From: Monocercomonoides exilis PA203
Taxonomy: Eukaryota; Protista; Preaxostyla
Assembly: GCA_001643675.2 (NCBI GenBank)
Contig: LSRY02000035.1
Span: forward strand, 806,001-870,000
Direction: 5' to 3'
Length of the DNA stretch: 64,000 nucleotides
Shown: piece by piece, positions 40,801-52,183 of the stretch
How positions within the stretch are numbered: position 1 is the first letter of the stretch
Layout: each line of letters starts with the position of its first letter
The notes under the pieces: generated by a model
The model's database searches: none
The model's input: only the letters and a program-made list of their open reading frames with translations
What the model was told of the DNA's origin: nothing
Program-made: the position numbers and the translations under genes

Positions 40801-43800
40801 CTTTCCTTCTGCAATGCCCCCATCTTCTCTGTCTGCTCCTCAATCTTCTGCTTCAAATCCTCGTTCTGTTTTTCTTTCTCTTTCATTCTGTCGTTCAGCT
40901 CATTCTCTTGTTTCTGCTTGCCCTTCAGCGCTTTCTCAATCTGCTTCATTTTCTTTTGAGTTTCTGCACAGTTCTTCTGCATTTCGCTGTGTTCTTTCGA
41001 ACATTTCTCTAATTTCTGCACTGTTTCTGCAAGTAGATTTCGTTCATTATCACATTTTGCTTTCGTCTCTTCCAAAATTTTGGATTCCTCTTCACATTCT
41101 TTCTGAATTGCTTCAAGTTGTTTTGTGACTTCTGCACATTTATTTTCTGCCTCTTCGCATTTTTTCTGTTCCTCAGAGTGTTTTTTCATCGTTTCTTCGT
41201 ATTCTCCCTGCATTTCGTTCAGTTTGTTGTTCATGTCTTTTCTTTTATGTGTCAATTCTTCCACTTTTTGCTCTGCTTTCATTCTGTTTTCATTCACTTC
41301 TTCGAATGATTTCTGTGCTTCTGCCACATTTTTCTCAATTTCTTCTTGTTTTTGCTTCAATTCTGTGACAATTCTTTGCCCATCTTCGCACTTCTTCATT
41401 GTTTCTATCTTTTCTTTCTCCAGTTTTTCAATGTCATTTTGCATTTCATCCTTCTGATTCTTTTTCTCTTCGCAATTTGCTTGCAGCTCTTTCAGCTTCG
41501 CTTCCAACTCTTCGCTCGTCTTCCTCGTTTTCTCTCTTTTCTTTTCTGCTTTTTCTATTTGTTTGTTGAGCGCTTCTTTCTTTTTCTGCTCTTCTTCGTT
41601 CTCCTTCTGCACTTTCACAAGCCTTTCTTCCTCATCTGCCTGCTTCTTTTGGATAACTTTCAGCTTTTCCTGTGCTTCCTCAATGGAAGATTGGATTTCT
41701 TTGTGTCTCTCTTCTGCTTCAGCGATATTCTGCTGGATGTGCTCGTGTTTATCTTCACTCTCCAAACAAGTCCTTTGCGCCCTTTCGAGTTGCTCTTCCT
41801 TTTCTCTTATCAATTCTTCCCTTTCTTTAATCATTTTTTCCTTTTCTTTTATCATTCTTTCCGTCTCTTCACACTTCGCTTGAGTCTCTCTCAGTGTTTC
41901 CTTTGCGCTGTCAACCAACTTTCGCATGTGTTCATGTTCTGAATGTGTTTTATCGGCTTCTTTCTGTTTCTCCTCCCTTTTCTGCTCTGCTTCTTCCTGC
42001 TTCATCAAAAGAACCTTCAGCTTTTCTTCTGCTTTCTCTGCATCTGCATTCAATTCTTGTATCTTTTCAGTCAAACCTTCAACTGTTTTCTCCTCATCGC
42101 TCTTCATTTTCAACGCTGCTGCACACTCATTCTGAATGTTTTTGAAGACTTCTTCTTCTTCTTTCTTCTTCTTCTCCAGTTCTTCGCAGCTGTGTTTCAA
42201 CTCCTCAAGGCGATTGTTGATGTCTGAACACAATTTCTCTGTTTCCTCGTTCTTTTCACTCGCATTTTCGCATTTGGCCTGCAGTTCATTGAGCAATTCC
42301 TCCTTTTCCTTGCAATTCTCTTTCAGCTCTTGCAATTTTCTTGTCTCTTTTTCCATTTCAGCTTTTCTTGTTTGTTCTTCTTTGACATATTCTTCTTGAA
42401 GTTGTGCGTTTTTCTCTTCCATCGACTTCACCTCAGCTTCGACTCTTTCTTTGGCTTTCTCCAATTCATCTAACCTGCTTTTTTGAGCTGAATTCTTCTT
42501 CTCCAACTGCTCACTCTCATTCACAAGTTCATTCAGTTCTGTTTGGCGTTCTTTGATTTCACACTCAATTTCATCATGCTGCTTTGTCAGTTCCTCGTTT
42601 TCCTTTCTCACTTTCTTCGATTCCTCTTTCGCTGCTTCTATTTCCTTTTCTAACCCCGTTTTTTCTTCCTCTTTTGTCTGTATTTCATTCGTTACTTCAA
42701 CCAGCTGTGCTTTTTTAGCTTTCACTTCTTCTTCGAGTTGCTTCAATTGTGTCGAAAAAATCGATTTTTCTTTTTCTTCCTCTTCTTTTCGTTGCTTCAT
42801 TTCTGTCTCAAGAAGTTTGCTTTCGCTTCTGAGCAATTTAACTTGTCTTGTCTCTTCCTCCACTTTAGATTCTTCTTCCTCTTTTTCTTTTTCTGCTGCT
42901 TTTGTTTCCACTTTCAGTGCTGCCAAAACCACTTCCAAGTCTTCGATTTCGCCTTGCAGCTGATCAACATGCTCTTTTTCTGCTTCTTTCTCTTCAGAAA
43001 TTCCATTCAAAATGGCTTCACTTTGTGCCTTTTCTTGCATCTGCTTCTTGATTTCAGTGAGGATTGCTTCTAATTCTGCATCTCTTTCCTTTTTCTCTTT
43101 CAAATACATCTCTTTTTCTCTCAAATACTCTTTTTCCTCTTCCTTTATTTTCTCCTCCAGCTGCTGCATTTCACTCATCATCTGATTTTTCCTCTGTGAC
43201 ATCTCTTTCATCTCGTTTTCTATGCTTAGCAACTCTTCTCGTTTGCTCCTTTCTTCTTCTTTGTTCTTCCTCTCATTTTCCTTGTTCTTGCTTTCCATCT
43301 CACACAGCTTCTGCTCCTTCTCTTCCAGTTCTGCTGCCATTGTTTTGAGTGTCTTCATCATGTCGATGCTTTGCTTCAGGATTGCCTCATTTTCCTCCTG
43401 CAGCGCAACATACTCCGCAACAAACCTGTCCTGCTGGAATGCTGCTGCCCCAGACACAAACGGTGAAGAGTGGGGAGAGGTCAGTTCATCAACTGAATTG
43501 AAAAGCCTCGAACGCGACTTCGAAGACGCGGGAGACATCGGACTTGAAAATGAGGAAGAAGCGCTTAGACTATCCTTTTGAGGAGTGGAAAGTGTTGTTT
43601 TTGATTCATCGAATTTTTCTAGTTGTTCCTCTTTTTCTTCCACCTGCGAAAATGTTGAATTCCTCAAAGAGGATCCTTCAAGAACTGCATTAATTCTGTT
43701 TTTCCTTTTGTTGTAAAGAGATTCTGGTGTCTTTTTTTGAGCAAAAGCATCTGATTTTTGGGTTGTCTCTTGATTTGAATGAACTGGCGAAGATTTTTCT

Positions 43801-44323
43801 GAAGGCAAATATACTTCTTTTGCTATAAGCAAGTTTTCAACTCTTGTCACATCACTTGAAGATAAGGATTGAGTTAAAAGGGGATTTTGTTTTATTAATT
43901 TAGCATCTGCAATCGATAAAAATCGCGAACTGCCATATTGAGATTTGCTACCTTGTTTGTTCAAACGTTGGAGTACTTGCTCAACAAAATCGATAAATGA
44001 TTTTGGATAATTTTCACTATTGTTTTGGAGATCACATCCAGGAACATTATCCGGTTCAGGAATCATAAAAAATGCGCTCAAAAATGAGACTTGGTCTTCC
44101 AACGATTGGAAAAGTTCATCATCACCATCATATATTTGCTGACATGTTTCCTTCAGGATCTGTCGGATTTTTGTTTTGTTTGCAATTGCCTACAGAAATT
44201 AAAAAAATATTATTAACCAAAAAATAAGAAAAATAGACAAACAAAAGATGCAGTTTTTGATTCATCCTGCTTTACATTAGCAATTAATTTGCTTAAAAGC
44301 GGATGTTTTTCTGAATCACACAT
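37887..44323 (-). CDS. Very large coiled-coil protein (~2,100 aa) with Ser-rich flanks
   Basis: 2071-codon E/K/Q-rich heptad ORF, extended 5' by exon 44243-44323 (ATG TGT GAT...) and intron 44190-44242. No motor or ATPase motif seen. Confidence 0.8.
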
Positions 44324-44631
44324 AAATAGCTTGAAACTCTTGGTCAAAGAATTTGAAGAAATTAAATAAATAATGGGCACTGTTCGAATTGGATGTGAAG
44401 CAATGAATGCATTTAAATGGAAGGAATGTTCCAAATGTATTAACATTATAAAATCTGATATTTTGGATTCATAATTGAAAGGTTGGAAATTATTAAACTT
44501 TTTAATCAAATGAAATGTTTATCAAATGAAAATACATAAACGTTACACATCACATCATTCAAAGAATTGAACTTAAACGCTAAATTAACAAACAAGCATA
44601 AATAATTTTCGATTTCAAAACAAAAATCGTC

Positions 44632-45693
44632 TTACTTTAATTTGAATTTGACTTCTTTCCATCCATCGAAATAATCTCCGGTATCTGCTCTCCCACCTGT
44701 TAAATATTGAGAGCCTCGCTTTTTCTCTGAATCGCTTTCATCATCGTCTTCCTCATCTTCGTCTCTATAACCTTTTCCTCTCTTTGCAGTAAGAGACACG
44801 CTCATTCCTCCTTTAGTATTCTCCACCTTGAGATCAACATCTCTTTCATCATCCACCCCCAACAATTCTCCGGCTGAAATTACACCGATTTTCATTAGCT
44901 CCAATTCAAATGTTTTTTTGCTCATGTGTTGCCCTCCAAATGGCTTTGCTGTCATCCAATTCTTAATAATTGTTCCTTGTCTATAAACGAGGACTGTTGG
45001 GCAATTTTCATCCGGATAATTGTGAATAGCTTCTGCTCCTCTAATCTTGACAAATTTTATTTGGGGATGAACCGATGCAACAACGTTGAAAATTTCTTCA
45101 AGCTGAGCAACTTCTCGGCTTCTGAACATTTCATCAAAAATATAAAGATTAAGAATTTTTAAATGTGCAAATAAAATGAACTAACCCAGAGCATGTGAGT
45201 AAAAGAACAACATCAACTTTTTTGCTCGCCTCCGTAACTTCACGTTTATAGTCTGGCTCCGTAATCGCAAAGACTCGACCATAGCAATTTGCACTTTGCT
45301 CCTGTTTTAACTCTTGCAGTCTTTTTTCGCTGGAGGAATAAATGAATCTTTAAAAAAATTTCAAGTTAGGCCAGCAGGCATACCGATATTTTTCTAAAAA
45401 CATTCGCTCTTCCTCTTCTTCTTCCTCCAATTCTTCTCGGGTAGGCTTTTCATCTTTTCCATCAGGGCTGAAATAAACACCTTTTGGACCTAATTCAGGA
45501 TCCTTTAATTCCGGACGAGCTAAATAAAAAAATTGAATAATTATTTTTCAGTGAAATGCAATCTTCTTCTGAAAAGGAATTTCAAACTATCATCGATAAC
45601 ATCTCTTTTAACAAGTTCATCGTGGAACTGTGTGGTGATAATTCCATCAGGTCTTATATTTGACCTTGTATCAACAAAAGGTACGAAAGACAT
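44632..45693 (-). CDS. Phosducin-like protein (PhLP2/PDCL3 type), thioredoxin-fold CCT co-chaperone
   Basis: Exons read TTQFHDELVKRDVI..., EERMFLEKYR|EKRLQELK...YGRVFAITEPDYKREVTEAS, then IKFVKIRGAEAIHNYPDENCPTVLVYRQG, followed by an acidic tail. Confidence 0.85.
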
Positions 45694-45996
45694 TTTAAAT
45701 AATTTTTTCGATCATTTTTTGTTTGGGATTTTCTTTAATTGGGTCATGAATGCTGATTAATGTTTCTAAATATTATAATAACAGCATACTCTTATTTTAT
45801 CAGATGAAACGAAAATTTGAAAGAACTCAAATTTTATCATTGTTAACTTTGTGTAAAGAAATTTTTTAAAAAATAAAAGAATTATAAAAATTAATGAAAC
45901 GGTGAAAGAAAAGCAAATAACTGCATAAAAATATAAGTGTTCGCTTAATTCGTAAAAAATATTCTTTTTAAAAACAAGAAAATATAAGGGGAGATG

Positions 45997-48900
45997 CTAC
46001 GTGTTAACGTGATTGCGTTGATAAGGCTGGAAAGATACGAGTAAAGAAGAAGAAGAAGAAGAAGAAGAAGAAGAAGAAGAAGAAGAGACAGATGAATTGT
46101 CAAATGGAACAGATTGCTGACTCGTTTGTGAAATGGGGACATTTGAAGGGAACACCTCTGATGACTGAAATGAAGATGATGAAGAAGGATAAGTTGAGTA
46201 AGATTGAGATGGTGATGTAGTGGAAGAAGTGAGAGGAGAGGAAAGAGAAGGTGAAGTAGAAGAAGAAGAAGAAGATGATGATGATGACAAAGATGATGAA
46301 CGAGCAAAAGACATCCTTTGCAGTGGATGGTAATGATCCATGCCGACAGAAGAAGGAATGCTGAATGTGTCTGATGAATCGATGGATGCTGTTGAAAAGG
46401 CATCTGAATGGTCTGGCTGAGAGAGGTCGATGCTGATAGACGACTGCGAAATGACTGAATTGGATGAGTCATCGTGGATGTGGTGAGGGTGGTACAATGG
46501 ATCTGATTGGGGAATAGAGGAAGAGGAGGAGGAGGAAGAAGAAGAAGAGGGGGAGGAGGAAGAGGAGGAGGAAGAAGAAGAAGAAGAAGAAGAGGAATAT
46601 AACCCAAAAGCAGAGGAAGGCTGGATTGTTTGCGAGTATGAACTGGATGGGGAAGAAGAGAGAAGTGAAGAAGAAGGAGAAAGAGAAGAAGGAGAAGGAG
46701 AAATGCTGTTGGAAGAAGGCAAAGTGGATGTTGTCGATATTGAAAGAGGCGTTTTCTTTCCAACAGGCGCAGAAATCAATTGATCTGTTGAAGCAAATGA
46801 AGGAGAAGAAGAATATGAAGAGGATGAAGTGGAACGTGTTGAGGTTGAAGCAGGTGTTCTGTTCAGAAGTAAGGGAGATGACTCGTCATAAGAGGCAGTT
46901 GTCTTCTCATTTGTGTTGACGCTGATGTTTGAGTTGCTTTCTCCAAGCAATCTTTCCAGTTCTTTTCTTTCCTTCTCGCTCTTCTTCCACGCCAGATACC
47001 TCTGCCTCGCCCGCTCCATCTTCAGCTTCCTCCTCTCTTCGGCCTTCTGCTTCATCACACTGAACTCTTTCTTCCTCACTTGCACCACATTCTCCTCCTG
47101 CACAACAAGAGGGGAGATGAATGAGTCCATCTTGTTGTTGTTCTGTTGAAGGAGAAAGAGAGAAAAAGAGAAGAATGAGGTTGGTCAATATGATGTGTAT
47201 AATTGTGAGTGGATTTGAATAAAAGTTGAAAAAGGTAAATGAAGAAAAACATAAAATGCATATGTGAGAAAATGAGTTATATTGTTCATGACGCATAATT
47301 CACAATTCAATCAAAAACGAAACAAAAAAAGAAGAAGATGACGATGACATAATCCAGTTGCATAAAATAGCAGACAATATCAACTTTATAAGAAAAAAAT
47401 TCACTTTCAATCATACTCTTTTGTAGTCAATCAATTTGATAGCACAGCAGACAGACAGAGCAATTGTGACGAGCATTTCGAAGAACATAAAGACAGAATT
47501 GTATCCTTGGCTCTCATTCAGCATCCCTACAATCATTGCTGATATGCCCATCATAAACATCTGATGACAAAAAAAGATGATTTGGCATTGTTTTTTTATA
47601 AATTGCGTTTATGTTGGAAAAAAAGAGAGGAAAAGAGAATAGAAAGAAGAAGAAAGAAGAAAAAGAAATGTTATGAAGAGCATCAATCAATATAGAGCAA
47701 TATGAGTCAAAGAAAAAACTCATGAAAAATATCAAAAAAACAGAAATCTTCAAACTTGAGTGGAGTTCATGAATGAGTTAGCTGTGCCAATGTCGTGTCG
47801 TCCAATCAGCAAAGAGATGGAAGACCAAATGACAGACGCCACCATTGCAAACGAGATTCCGCTCATCATCATGCCGAAAAGAGGATCCTGTTAATAAAAC
47901 AAGGGAAATTATGTGGGGTTAACAAAATATTGAAAAGTATTTTTTTTTGTAAATAAATGGAAGAATTGTTATGTTTTTGAGGACTATGTTTGACGTCACT
48001 GCATACAATTGCTTTGAATTCCATGAGGTAGTTGAATGCAACCATAATCAGGACAGAAATAAGAAGCACGCTGCATCGCTTTCCAAAACTGAGGAAGAGG
48101 AGGAGGAGGGGGGGGGGGGGGGGGGGGGGGAATATGAGAAGAAAAAATGGTTATTTTCGTGAAATATGAATGGAAATAAGATTGATGATGATTAATTTCA
48201 ATGAGATGATTCATTCAACACAGAAGAAAATGTAAGATAAACAAAAATAAATAAGAATAGTCTTCAATCAAAAACCATGCAAAAATACTTCATTCGCACA
48301 AACCGGTCAACAACCATTCCAACGATGACTGAAGCAGGAATAGATGCAATTATTGAGACAGCAGCAATCGCTCCCGCATGAAATGAGTTTTTGTCATACA
48401 CTTAAAAAAAAAACATTGTTATGATGGTTTTTAATTTTTGTAACAGACAAATATGAATGAAGAATAATAGAGAAGACGAAAATCATCTTTGAAAAGTATA
48501 ATGAATAATCGAACAAACCTGTCTTTACCAAATCGATTATCACAGAATTTAGCCTAAAATGACATGTTCAAAATGAAGTTGCTAAGAATCTCAATCAGAA
48601 AGGTTGTTGCATACGCAAAGTGGTTTGAATAAAATAGCCCGCAGACGATGCACAGAAGCCAAAATTGTATCTGATGTTAATCCAAATTGTTTAATAATCA
48701 TGTTAAATTTTTCGAATTTTCGAATTAGTTGATGAAAGAGATGAATGTGACAATAAGTCAGAAATATCAAAATCAGGAGGTGTAGTTTTCCAAATGTTGA
48801 TCAAAAAGAAAAGAAATTTCGAAAATATTCATAAAAAATATTAAAAAAATGCATACAGGCCAAGATTTGATGTGGTTGCATTTGAATAAGTAAACCCGTG

Positions 48901-50044
48901 TTCGTGCAGTGACAACCCATTTTTCTCTTTCTGCTTTTTTCTCCATGAAAATATATATTATGATGCAGCCAAGGGAGAATAAGCACATATACAATCCTAA
49001 TAGAGAAAGCAATTATGAATTGATTCAACAATGAAAAAAAGAAATATGGAAAAAAAAAACATCAGATTTCCAAATAAAAAATTAAGGAAAATAGAAAATG
49101 GCTCCAAATTTTTGTGTGCTATTTGCTTGTAATCAAATAAAAAAAGAAAAATAAATCCATTTTGTTGACAATACCGAAGTAAAGGACTTTAAGCCATCCA
49201 ATTTTATCAACAAGCGTAGGTGTCACGAAAAAATTAATAACTGATCCAATACGTGCAAGTGTAGTTGAAGTTCCTGCTGCAACTCCAAGTTCTAGCCCAC
49301 CAAAAAATACTAAATTACGGTATTTAATGAAAACTTCAATTTTTATATTCTTTTGTAAGACAAATCAAACAATTGACAACTGCATTTTTTACAATAGTTG
49401 CAGCTCCATATCCAATCCCAAAAACAGAACGTCCCTAAATGAAAGAAAATTTTTTATTGAATTATTTTTGAAATAAGCCAAACTGCTGCCATAAGCCAAT
49501 ACCAATGATTTTGAGCCCCTATAAGAAAAAGGCCATGACCCAGTACAATTATTAAATGAGTTACAATCATTCCAAGTCTGTTTGATGTTAGATCAACAAG
49601 TGGACCTGAAAAAAAACTCTTTTGAAATTTTTGAATAAAACAGTAAAAATAATGAGCGAAAAAAAAAATTACATAAAAAAGCGACAAACAAATATGCACC
49701 CTGACCAGTTGTAAAAAGAAAATAGCATTGAATATTGAGTAGCTAATTCATAATTTAATAATAAATTAAAAAAACGAATATTTAAGAATACGTGTTATTT
49801 CAAGCTCATCAGATAAATCAGATTGCATAGAAGGAAGAAGATCGACAACATATGTTCTTATTTGCAATCATTATTGGTAGTTTCAAAATAAAAATAAATA
49901 ATTATTTTTTCTTTATAAAAATTTAGAATACCCTCCAAAAAGTCCAAGAGATATGAGTACAAGCACTATCCAACGATAAAAACATGGCGAACCTTTTCCA
50001 GCCTCTTTTCCCGGAAGAGGAGGAGGTAAAATGCTTGTTTGCAT
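45997..50044 (-). CDS. Intron-rich MFS transporter, MFSD1-like, with long Ser-rich C-terminal extension
   Basis: Many short hydrophobic exons: YRWIVLVLISLGLFG, GPLVDLTSNRLG (MFS motif-A-like), GRSVFGIGYG, FFGGLELGVAAG...ARIGSVINF, SVIVGMVVDRFV. The last exon is a coiled stretch plus poly-Ser. Full exon chain not resolved. Confidence 0.75.
48108..48130 (+). repeat. G23 homopolymer (C23 on the coding strand) directly upstream of an intron acceptor of the MFS gene
   Basis: Visible run; the minus strand reads C23-(tcc)n-tcttcctcag|TTTTGGAAAGCG. Confidence 0.85.
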
Positions 50045-51495
50045 CTTCACCCATTGTTTTTTTATATTTTGATTATTCTTAAAAAAAATTCTTTTGAAAA
50101 AACATGAATAAAATATATTTTGAAAATCAAGATATGACATATTATGTTGAAAAATCTGTATTGTGATAGTAAATAATTTACAATTGCATTTAACAATGAA
50201 AGAAAATAAAAAAATATAATTAAGGGACTCGAATAACACTTTTTTCTTCACATTATCCTTTCAGGAAAGTTTGAACAAATAATTTTTTTATTTCAAACCA
50301 TTTCCTAAATTTTTCTGACTGATTCAATAAGGAAAAAAATTTTTTCAAAAATTTTTTCGAATTATTATGCACAATTCATAATTTTTATGTTCATTTCAAA
50401 TAAATTGAGATGATACGAATAATAATGAAAGTTGCATATTAATATGTTGTTCTTTTTGAAAAGAACCAAATGTGTAATTTGCAAAATAACAAAAAATTCA
50501 TTTTCTGATCAAATTTCAGTTCGTGCTCACAAATCCACTTTAAAATAAATTCAATGAAATTGTCAAGAAATGTCTACCATTTTGGTGATGTTTCGAAAGT
50601 GTGAACTAAATTTTGTTGCTGTTTGAATTTAACATTTGCGACTTTTCAAAAAGTTTAACACTTATATTGTTTTCGAAATTGTTATTATTATAGTTTTTTA
50701 TTTGATTCTTTTTTCAATACAAATAATGAATTATTTCCTGATTGAAAATTTCATTCTCTTTTCGTTTCCTTCACATCATTATTCACAAAGTTATGAAACG
50801 AAACATTTTCTTATTATCACTGTGCAATGGCATTTAGATGATCTTCTTTTTTTTTAACCCGAAAAGTATTTTCTTTCAGATATTTTAAATTTATTATCCA
50901 CGTGAAAGTTCAGTATTGATAATTGTTTCTGAAATAACAACTGATTTTCTTCCCGATCTTCAAAATTCTGTTATAATAATGTTTGAAAAGTAATGATATT
51001 CACAAGGATAATAATTTTTTATTTAATATTTCTTTTCATTTTTTTTATGTTTTTATCATTAATGTTTTCTTAACTTTTCATCAACGATCTTTATATCAAT
51101 AAGAAATTTTTTGATGAAAATCCATATCCTTAAAAATTTTGGATTTCATAAAAAAATTACAAATAAATATCACGAACATTAAAAACATTATTGTATTGAA
51201 AGAAAAGAATGGTCTTTTACTTATAATTTGGAAAAATCATGTAATCATTTGCTTGAATTTTTGTCGAAGTTAAATAACAGTAATTATTCAGCACAATCTT
51301 TCTGTGAAATTAACAATATTTATTACTCTTTTTATTCACATGAGTGCATTTTCCCCAAACTTTTCTTTCTTGTTCAAAGTTTGTTGTTCATCACTTAAAA
51401 CCATTCCTATTTAAAAAATAACTATTTAACACAAATTTGTCTCAAAAATTATTCTTGTTTTTGAAGTATTTTTAAAATCGATTACTGTTTGCGCA

Positions 51496-51832
51496 AAAAA
51501 TACTTAACAATATCGATTAGACAATAACCGCAAGAGGAATTGTTTTGTAAATTTTCATCTAAACACATCTCATCAATAGAAGCTCATTTGATAAACGAGA
51601 CTTTCAAAATCACTTCATTTGTGTTCAGAGAAAATTATTTTTAAAAATCTCGGAGAAACTCAAAATCTCATTTATCCAATATTTCAATAATAATTTTCTC
51701 TGAACACAAATGAAGTGATTTTGAAAGTCTCGTTTATCAAATGAGCTTCTATTGATGAGATGTGTTTAGATGAAAATTAACAAAACTATTCCTCTTGCGG
51801 TTATTGTTTAATCGATATTGTTAAGTATTTTT
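51496..51832. repeat. Long inverted repeat / foldback (144-bp arms, 49-bp spacer), MITE-like or hairpin-RNA locus
   Basis: Arm 51496-51639 is the reverse complement of 51689-51832 with 3 mismatches counted by eye (e.g. CACTTCATTTGTGTTCAGAGAAAATTATT / AATAATTTTCTCTGAACACAAATGAAGTG). Confidence 0.95.
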
Positions 51833-52183
51833 GGATCAAACTGTATTTTATTTGAGTGCAGAAGAAAAGAAAAAAAAAAAAAAGAAAAAAAAAAAAACTT
51901 TGATTATCATCTTTTCAGTTTTGTATTCAATTTCGATTTCCAACAACTTTTGAACAAAACAATGTGATACAAAAATTTTTAATTGTTGCAGTTTCCTTTT
52001 TTCTTCAAAATAAAATGAAAGATAATTTTTTTGAATAAAAGTTTTTCAATTTGAATCTTTGGAATATTGAATATTTTATTAAATTGAAGTTTTGATTGTT
52101 CCATTTTTATATTTTATATTACTATTCATTCGATTAATAATGTTGTGCACGTTATTGATAATTCAAATATTTGAGAACCATTA

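Noticed and set aside
37887-44102. Myosin, kinesin or SMC assignment for the coiled-coil protein
   Set aside because: No P-loop, motor or hinge motifs found.
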